From positions 1 to 44,206 of the forward strand of contig DATHCY010000249.1 in NCBI GenBank assembly GCA_035319305.1: a stretch of DNA of 44,206 nt, read 5' to 3'. Both the position numbers and the translations under genes were made by a program. The notes under the pieces are model-generated. The model made no database searches, was not told where the DNA came from, and saw nothing but the letters and a program-made list of their open reading frames with translations. Shown here piece by piece: positions 37,640 to 44,206 of this stretch (its first letter is position 1; every line of letters starts with the position of its first letter). This stretch comes from Methanocella sp. (GTDB taxonomy: Archaea; Halobacteriota; Methanocellia; Methanocellales; Methanocellaceae).

Positions 37640-38325
37640 GTCAAAGACCAACGAACGACCAAGCCAACAGCCTATTTACCCGCCCTATAGAGGACAGACC
37701 AACCAAAATCAGGCACATTAATAAGTACCCTCGCCAATACGTCCCCAGCACATTACAATCAGCCAGCACGGTACGACCACATTTCAGATTAGCAGAACTA
37801 CAGCATACAGAAGGACAGAGCAGTGTACCTATCCGGAAGCTTTTCTTTCCAAACAAATGAACTACCACACCCTGAAAGGCACGACTTCCTATTCCATCGA
37901 AAAGCACTCACCACATTGACGGTAGGCGCTAATCTCCCCTTCAGACTCTCGTTTTTCTGGATCGAGCTGGTTCCCGGCCCAAATTGTATTTTCCTCGCCA
38001 CCAAACCTGCACCACTCCCCCACTCAAATGTTTTACAACCGCCAACACCTCGCAGCCCCTTGCGAAGTGACGCCATGCGTCGTCGTAACCTGGTAGTAGG
38101 TAAGCTGTTTCCATGTAAATGCCTGACTACCTAAGGAGACTCGGTTCAACCCCGCCCTTCAGGTCGGGGTTTTCTCTATCTCTGCGTTCGTTATCGATAA
38201 AAAATTGCATTTCCAGTAGAAATAGGGGGGTTGAAATGATCATAATATTCGAGCCGGGGTCAAGGGATACTCGCTTCATCCCACGGCTAAACCCATGGGT
38301 TTTCGCTCGATCTCCAGTCAGGTTG
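37640..38325 (-). mobile_element. Composite of decayed IS200/IS605 elements (outer left end at 38325, family A-like right end at 37640)
   Basis: TTGAT|CAACC...GCGAAAACCCATGGGTTTAGCCGTGGGATGAAGCG left end. 37640-37856 encodes LKCGRTVLADCN (compare TnpB LNCGRTELADY) and ends TCGTTGGTCTTTGAC. Confidence 0.65.
37857..38196 (-). mobile_element. Inner non-autonomous IS200/IS605 element (target TTTAT, right end ...GTAGTTCAT)
   Basis: TTTAT|CGATAACG...AAAACCCCGACCTGAAGGGCGGGGTTGAA left hairpin; right end GGAAGTCGTGCCTTTCAGGGTGTGGTAGTTCAT like 2819 and 4379. Confidence 0.68.
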
Positions 38326-38337
38326 ATCAAAGTCTGG

Positions 38338-40227
38338 TCAAAATGGATTCCAGTATAGTCCCTCTCGTGCGTTCAGGTATTCGATGATCGCTGTCAGAAA
38401 GGTGGAATGTGACCAGGTGAGAGGCAGCACAGACACTGGCTCGCCGTGTGCACCTACTTGTTCTGGCATCAGCCCACCGGTTACGGAGTGCTCGATAGCC
38501 CAACGAATCAGCCCATGCGCCCTGGAAATATTTCCCTGTCGAATATGCCATTGGGCCAGCCATAGAGTGCAGAGCGGCCAGCTATTCATGTATCCCTGAT
38601 AGCGATCTCCATCGTACCGGGCAACACCACCGTCGGGCCTGATTAGAAGAGACTCGATCGCCTTCATCGTGCCTTCCGCCATGTGATCTTTTGGTGAAAC
38701 CAGCCCCAGATACCAAATCGAGAATAGGGACGCATCAACGGTATCATCCCCGACACCACGCCGGAAACGCCCCAGTTTGGAATCGTATATCCGGTGTATA
38801 GTGGCATCCTTTACCATTTCCGCAGTCTGGAGCCATATCTCCCCCGCGGAAGCATCGCCGATCAACGACGCCATGGCTGCAGCACTCCGCAGCCCTGCGT
38901 ACACGCAGGCGCACGAATATGTGTAAACGCCCTTGCGCTCCTCCCACAAGTCAAAGCTAGGATGAGGAAGGCCGGTAGCCTGATCGACAAAGCTGACCAA
39001 GAAGTCGGCCGCAGGACGGACGAATGGCTCATAGAGTGAGGAGATCGTCATAATATTGTGGTCTTCCAGCCAGTGTCGGTACAAAGTGTACAGAGGCAGT
39101 CCAGTCTCGTCGATCTGGATCATCGGCAATGGATGCCAAGTGCTTCCAAGATCCCCCGAGGGCGTATATTTATGACGGAAGAAGCCACGGCGGTCGATGA
39201 TCTTTCCAAAAAACTTGTAGGTATTCCGGCACAGGTAGCGATATCCGGCCCGGTCGAGCGACATGGCAACCCACGCGGCATCCCGAGGCCAACAATACGT
39301 GTAGTAATCGGCGCCCTGTTGCTTGATCTGAGAATCACACGAAGCTATGATCGAGCCGCCCCTGTCGATATGGCACATAATGGTCAACAGACTTCGAGTG
39401 AACGCATTCCGGAATTCCGGCGGCAGCGAGATAAACTTGGCGAGGGGACCATGGCTATGCGCCTTAACACAGAAGGACTGCCAGTACCGGCCGCTCTCCT
39501 CATACAATGGTTCGGTTCCGCGAGCTTTGACCCAATCCTGGATCGCCTTCGCCTCCAAGAAGTTTCTACCCACACAAACCCAGAACCTCACCGAAAAATC
39601 CTCCCCAGGATCTAGCGGAGGCAACGTCCAGCCTATACTGGAGTCCACCGTACCATGGGCCACAATGTTACTCTCCAACTTCCCATCCTCCGCATCCTTC
39701 CAAGTGCCCTGTCGATCTCGCCATTCAGATATACCAGTGGTGAACTGGTCAAACACCGGAAGCGAACTCTGGAGGAAGAACCGGTCCCGCTTATAATGAT
39801 TCATCATGGAGCCATCCCTCACCGCCGTGTTAGCAAAGTTGTTCTCCAATATGTGGTAGCTCTGGGACGAAAATAACCTGAGGCTCGCCGTGCTATCCGA
39901 CACGTTTCTAACATTCACAGTACGCAGAAATAGGTCTCGGACATGATGTACCATATCCCTTACCACAACAGCGGCGCCGAAATCAGGGTTGGAATACATA
40001 GTCTCCCCAATCATCGACTCCCCACTCGGATGGCCAGTAACATAGGCCTGACGCAACCCCCAGTTCTCCAGCCACTCGAACCGTTTCCGGGGGATGTCGA
40101 ATATGCCGAGCCGCATATAACCGCCGTGGTTCTCCATGCCGGCATACGGGTAGTAAAAATCCCTCACAATCCCCTTCTCGTCGGTGCAGACGAGGAGCGA
40201 GCCGTTTCCGTAAATCAGCGGCCTCAT
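38338..40227 (-). CDS. Glycoside hydrolase family 15 (glucoamylase/trehalase-like)
   Basis: GNGSLL..D..G, YTYCWPRDA, QIDETG, DLWEE, DASL, LMPEQV and PLTWSH. Confidence 0.92.
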   Translation of the reverse strand: MRPLIYGNGSLLVCTDEKGIVRDFYYPYAGMENHGGYMRLGIFDIPRKRFEWLENWGLRQAYVTGHPSGESMIGETMYSNPDFGAAVVVRDMVHHVRDLFLRTVNVRNVSDSTASLRLFSSQSYHILENNFANTAVRDGSMMNHYKRDRFFLQSSLPVFDQFTTGISEWRDRQGTWKDAEDGKLESNIVAHGTVDSSIGWTLPPLDPGEDFSVRFWVCVGRNFLEAKAIQDWVKARGTEPLYEESGRYWQSFCVKAHSHGPLAKFISLPPEFRNAFTRSLLTIMCHIDRGGSIIASCDSQIKQQGADYYTYCWPRDAAWVAMSLDRAGYRYLCRNTYKFFGKIIDRRGFFRHKYTPSGDLGSTWHPLPMIQIDETGLPLYTLYRHWLEDHNIMTISSLYEPFVRPAADFLVSFVDQATGLPHPSFDLWEERKGVYTYSCACVYAGLRSAAAMASLIGDASAGEIWLQTAEMVKDATIHRIYDSKLGRFRRGVGDDTVDASLFSIWYLGLVSPKDHMAEGTMKAIESLLIRPDGGVARYDGDRYQGYMNSWPLCTLWLAQWHIRQGNISRAHGLIRWAIEHSVTGGLMPEQVGAHGEPVSVLPLTWSHSTFLTAIIEYLNAREGLYWNPF

Positions 40228-40334
40228 CGATACGATACCATGGAAGAATCGTATTCTGGTGTGAAATAACTATCCAGTGGCAAATGCCCATGGCAGGGTC
40301 GTGGATACGACGATTGCCTGCTGCGGTAGTCGTT

Positions 40335-41744
40335 TTATCGCAGCCATCCCATTTTGTAGAATGAGTACAGCGCGATCAGCATGAGCGATCCGGTGACGAG
40401 GGAGACGTCCCATATGGATAGCGGGAATGGGGCGTCGACGAGGTTTTCCCCCAGTAACCCGCCGATCGTCGACGGTATCAGTGCTAGACAGGTCAGGACC
40501 GCCAGGATCCGCATTACTCGGGTCATCTCGTACGAAACGGTGTTGATGTGCAGGTCTCGCAGCGAACTCAGGCTGTCGTTGATGTTGTCTGCGGTTTCGT
40601 ACAGGTAGTCCGCCTCGTCGAACTGCACGTCGAACATCTGCAGGTGATCATCGGTGATGCCGTCCAGGGACACCTTTTTCTGCCGGAGGTTATCCATGAC
40701 TTGACGAAGATGCCATAGGTTCTTCTCGACGAGCTGCGCCTCCTTTTTGAGGAAGAAGGTGTCCTCCAGAAACGAGGGGGGAGTATGTCCTATCGGCAGC
40801 TCCTCCAGCAGCGAGGTGCGATGTTCAATGGCCCGAACGATGTCTTCCCCGTCTCCAATCTTCTTTCTGATGATGGCTAGTAGTACCATTACAGTAAAAT
40901 CCGGGTCGTCGCCCGTGAATTCCCCGGAGATCGAGTCGAACAGGTCGCTCCTGCCTGTGCATATGGTCACGATCCGCTTGCGCTGGCAGACGATGAGCAT
41001 CCCGTGGCGGTGGATGTCCAGTTCCCGGAACTTCTGGCCATCCGAGGTGAGTTTCGCATCCCAGATAAAGATCGTGGTGAAGGCGGGGAAGTAGTCGATG
41101 CGAGGGAACGACTCCTGCGTTACCCGGCTGTGCAGGATGAATAGGGGTATGTTTAGCGTCCGGCCGATGGTTTCGAGGTCTAGCTGCCTCACGTTCTGCA
41201 GGTCCACCCAGACGCGGGTCTCGGTCGGGATCCTGCAATCCGGGTTGCTGAAGAGGCAGCGGGTTACCCTGCCCTCGTGCAGCATGTTGACCGTCATGCA
41301 GGATACTGCCGGCTCTTGCGGGGCTTTCGCGCGGGCAGGGCGCTGAATCTTGACGGTTCTGCCTGCGGCCGTGAAGATCCGCAGCACCCGCAGCAACCTC
41401 AGGACCGGCGCCGCCCGCCATCCCGTGGTTGTGACGAAGGGCAGTAGTTCGGCCAGGGCCAGTACGATGATCATAAGATCCAGCAGGTGCCATGGATCCG
41501 TCAGGTATTTTATGCGGGATTCCGCGGTGTAGAGTTTCAGGAGATACTCAGCGACGAAGGTCGCGATGATGAGGATGTTAGTCGCCTCAAGAAAGGAGAG
41601 CATCAGGTCTGAGAACTGGAAAACATATGGGAAGATCACTGTGGGGATGATCAGGAAGGCCAGTAGCGTCATCAGATCCTCGTTGAAGATATACTCTACA
41701 GGCCTGCGGAGCCGTGCAGGCGATAACTCTTCCGACAGCCTCAT
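40335..41744 (-). CDS. CorA-family divalent cation transporter with N-terminal ion-transport (voltage-sensor-like) domain
   Basis: Four N-terminal TMs with FVAEYLLK, DPWHLLD and VLRLLRVLR; then WVDL, FPRIDYF, EMTRVMRILAVLT, GLLGENL and FYKMGWL. Confidence 0.85.
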   Translation of the reverse strand: MRLSEELSPARLRRPVEYIFNEDLMTLLAFLIIPTVIFPYVFQFSDLMLSFLEATNILIIATFVAEYLLKLYTAESRIKYLTDPWHLLDLMIIVLALAELLPFVTTTGWRAAPVLRLLRVLRIFTAAGRTVKIQRPARAKAPQEPAVSCMTVNMLHEGRVTRCLFSNPDCRIPTETRVWVDLQNVRQLDLETIGRTLNIPLFILHSRVTQESFPRIDYFPAFTTIFIWDAKLTSDGQKFRELDIHRHGMLIVCQRKRIVTICTGRSDLFDSISGEFTGDDPDFTVMVLLAIIRKKIGDGEDIVRAIEHRTSLLEELPIGHTPPSFLEDTFFLKKEAQLVEKNLWHLRQVMDNLRQKKVSLDGITDDHLQMFDVQFDEADYLYETADNINDSLSSLRDLHINTVSYEMTRVMRILAVLTCLALIPSTIGGLLGENLVDAPFPLSIWDVSLVTGSLMLIALYSFYKMGWLR

Positions 41745-41821
41745 CGTAACTGACCCAGGAATGATAGGGGATTTGATGAGAAATACTTTTCACGCCCGTC
41801 TCACAGGCAATCCGCACAATA

Positions 41822-41845
41822 GGCCACTATAGGGCTATAGTGGCC
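41822..41845. promoter_or_regulatory. Perfect 11-bp inverted repeat in the divergent corA/phnD intergenic region
   Basis: GGCCACTATAG-GG-CTATAGTGGCC. Confidence 0.55.
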
Positions 41846-42007
41846 GTATACGCCTTAGTAACTGAGCATATTTTATTGAGATTAAGTATATCCAGCGCCC
41901 TCCATGTGGTAAGAATAGGTATCATACCGGCACAGCAGTTGTCTATATGGCAGCTATCGGCCATTCACGACTGCACCATTATGCCCGGTTGAGACTGGAG
42001 AGTTAGC

Positions 42008-43060
42008 ATGATTAAAATGAATAATAATATCGTACTTATCGCTGGCATATTCGCCATTATTGCGATTGTGGCGATCGCCGGCTGTACAGGATCAGCCTCG
42101 AACAACCCAACAGGGACGCCGGACGCAAGTACAGCTGCGTCACCCGGGACAACTGGTTCGTCTACAACGCCGAATGGGACGACAGGCTCATCTGCAGCGC
42201 TAACCACTAATGCATCCCAGCCGGTAACGATCAGGTTCGGGATCATCCCCGGTTCGGACACAACACAAACTGTGATGACCAAGTACGAGCCGTTAAGGGC
42301 GTATCTGGAGAACTCGACCGGCTATAAGTGGGAATTATACGTAGGGACCGATTACACGAGCGTCATCACTGCGATGCAGACCAAGCACATAGAAGTCGGC
42401 TCTTACGGCCCGCTGTCTTACGCGGTGGCCGCCGATAATGCGGGCGCGCAGGCATTCGCTCAGGGCCTGGACAAGAATGGCGACCTGTATTATCACTCCA
42501 CGATCCAGGCTACCCCTGCAGTCGCGCAGGCGCTGGGTATTACCACACCGCTAAATGGCACGGACGGCCTGAAGACTCTGAAGACCAAGCTGGACGCACA
42601 CCAAGGCCAGTACACGCTCGCGTATGTTGATCCGGAATCTACCTCAGGCTACGGCGTCTTCCGCGGAACGGCGTCCATCGTGGGACTTGACCCTTCAACA
42701 GAGTTCAAGAAGACCGCGTTCCTCGGTGGACATCCAGCAGTAGGACTGGCGGTTGCGGCAGGGACGTCGGATATGGGAGTAATGTCCGATAGCACGCTGA
42801 ACAAGATGCTCTCAGACGGAGAGATCAAGAATGGCAGCGTCGTCGAACTCTGGGTTTCCGACCCGATCCCCAACTCGCCCATCGCCTACAGAAGCGATCT
42901 GCCTCAGGATGAGAAGGATAAAATCGCCAACGCTTTCATCAACGCCCCGTCGGACGTCCTGGTGAATTCCACGGGCTCGTACTCGTTCAAGGCAGCAGAT
43001 GACAGCGTATATGCGCCGGTCCACGACTTGGCGATTGCGTTGAGCAAGTTGACGACATAA
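42008..43060 (+). CDS. phnD: Phosphonate/phosphite/phosphate ABC transporter substrate-binding lipoprotein
   Basis: Lipobox IAGC, Thr/Ser linker, DYTSVITAM, GPLSY, DPESTSGY, GGH and SDPIPNSP. Confidence 0.9.
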   Translation: MIKMNNNIVLIAGIFAIIAIVAIAGCTGSASNNPTGTPDASTAASPGTTGSSTTPNGTTGSSAALTTNASQPVTIRFGIIPGSDTTQTVMTKYEPLRAYLENSTGYKWELYVGTDYTSVITAMQTKHIEVGSYGPLSYAVAADNAGAQAFAQGLDKNGDLYYHSTIQATPAVAQALGITTPLNGTDGLKTLKTKLDAHQGQYTLAYVDPESTSGYGVFRGTASIVGLDPSTEFKKTAFLGGHPAVGLAVAAGTSDMGVMSDSTLNKMLSDGEIKNGSVVELWVSDPIPNSPIAYRSDLPQDEKDKIANAFINAPSDVLVNSTGSYSFKAADDSVYAPVHDLAIALSKLTT

Positions 43061-43079
43061 GCAAGAAGGAGGAACAGTA

Positions 43080-43895
43080 ATGTTACGTGTCGATAAGGTT
43101 AAGAAGAGCTTTAACGGGAGAGAGGTGCTGAAGGGCGTTAGCCTGAACGTGAAAGAGTCGGAGTACGTGGCCATGATCGGTCGTAGCGGCTCCGGTAAGA
43201 CCACCCTGGTGAGGATGATCAACGGGTTTGTTGTCCCTGATGCGGGCACAGTAAGCGTGAAAGGAGTGCCTATTAACTATCGTAACAGCGAGGAGCTGCG
43301 CCAGGCCCGGAAGCGGATCGGGATGATATACCAGTTGTTTAACCTGGTGGACCGGTCCACCACCATCGACAACGTTCTTACTGGTGCCCTGGGGAGGAAG
43401 GACAGGGGGTTCGACCTCCTCTCCTCTTCAATCGGCATCTTCCCTCGGGAAGAGAAAGAAAAAGCGCTAGAACTGCTCAAATTCGTTGGGCTAGGGGAGC
43501 GCGCTTATCAGAGGGTCGACCGGCTCAGCGGAGGGGAAAAACAAAGGGTGGCCATAGCACGTGCCCTTATGCAGGAGCCGCACCTCCTGCTGGCGGACGA
43601 ACCCATCGCCAACCTCGACCCTAAAACAAGCAAAAAAATACTAGATCTCCTCCGGAAGGTCAACGAGGATAAGGGAATCACGGTCATCACCATTCTTCAC
43701 CATCTTGAATCAGTGAAGGACAGCTTCGACCGGGTCGTCGCCATGAAAGAAGGCACTATCTGCTACGATGGCAACATCAAAGACCTACAACCAAACTGGA
43801 TGAACGATATATATGGAACCGAAGATGAAGAAAAAGAAGTGATGACACTGCCCAGAATAACGGCAAATAGTACAGGCAGAAAACAAATCGCGTAG
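43080..43895 (+). CDS. phnC: Phosphonate ABC transporter ATP-binding protein
   Basis: GRSGSGKTT, Q.FNLV, LSGGEKQRVAIARALMQ and LADEPIANLDP. Confidence 0.92.
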   Translation: MLRVDKVKKSFNGREVLKGVSLNVKESEYVAMIGRSGSGKTTLVRMINGFVVPDAGTVSVKGVPINYRNSEELRQARKRIGMIYQLFNLVDRSTTIDNVLTGALGRKDRGFDLLSSSIGIFPREEKEKALELLKFVGLGERAYQRVDRLSGGEKQRVAIARALMQEPHLLLADEPIANLDPKTSKKILDLLRKVNEDKGITVITILHHLESVKDSFDRVVAMKEGTICYDGNIKDLQPNWMNDIYGTEDEEKEVMTLPRITANSTGRKQIA

Positions 43896-43951
43896 GACGC
43901 GCCAAGAAAAAACATTTTTTGCTATGCTTATCACGACCGGGGGGCGTTAGT

Positions 43952-44206
43952 ATGTCTGAAAAAGCGACGACGAGAAGCATTGTTCAGCTGGACAGAGGAA
44001 ACCTCAAGAGGATACGCGATGTCGGAATAGCGATCATCTTACTCGTCATTGTGGTATACTCCTTTAACGTTTCCCAGGTGGACCCGATTAACCTGATCAA
44101 CGGGTTTGGCTATACATGGCAGTTACTGGAAAAAATGTACCCACCGGACACTGTCAGCCTACCGCTGTACCTGTCGCTCATTGAAGATACGATCGCCATG
44201 GGCGTC
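43952..44206 (+). CDS. phnE: Phosphonate ABC transporter permease (runs off window)
   Basis: MSEKATT...TM...LLEKMYPPD...LIEDTIAMGV; position after phnC. Confidence 0.85.
   Translation, partial: MSEKATTRSIVQLDRGNLKRIRDVGIAIILLVIVVYSFNVSQVDPINLINGFGYTWQLLEKMYPPDTVSLPLYLSLIEDTIAMGV

Noticed and set aside
37640-37856. Possible HEARO/IscB omegaRNA or novel ncRNA (G/U-rich minus strand, ATTGGCGAGG)
   Set aside because: Better explained as a decayed tnpB 3' end: it translates to LKCGRTVLADCN and aligns with about 27230-27305.
17502-43980. Many antisense or overlapping ORFs within well-supported genes (e.g. 17510-18070, 22902-23519, 39058-39615, 40825-41493)
   Set aside because: Shadow frames expected in GC-rich coding DNA; no independent motifs.

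Overview
Archaeal chromosomal window, most consistent with a Methanocella-like methanogen. This is inferred from gene content: archaeal NAC, TrmI, class I HMG-CoA reductase, presenilin-type PSH, Sec11, NOG1, GGTGA ribosome-binding sites and Methanomicrobia-type surface proteins. The backbone is housekeeping: leuD-leuB, tRNA-Arg(GCG), sec11, nog1, psh, nac-trmI, pyrB-pyrI-hmgA, a GH15 hydrolase, a CorA-like transporter and phnD-phnC-phnE. Two things stand out. (1) A patchwork island at about 4.2-10.9 kb holds a probable toxin-tip/immunity pair, an Imm50-like gene, a broken SMI1/KNR4 gene, a HEAT-like repeat gene, a TPR pseudogene and an unannotated 58-aa ORF. It resembles a bacterial-type orphan polyimmunity locus, interleaved with IS200/IS605 end sequences. 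(2) More than ten IS200/IS605 (TnpB) elements or remnants are present, mostly tiny non-autonomous units that keep the ends and omegaRNA scaffold. Their target pentamers (TTCAC/TTCAT, TTTAT, TTGAT) can be read from the sequence, and they show tandem and nested insertion, one protein-silent insertion and a strong minus-strand bias. Unusual proteins include a voltage-sensor-like domain fused to CorA, a twice-repeated cupin + Zn-ribbon protein, an AT-hook DNA-binding protein and a double papain-like membrane protein. All family calls are from motif recognition by eye; no searches were run.
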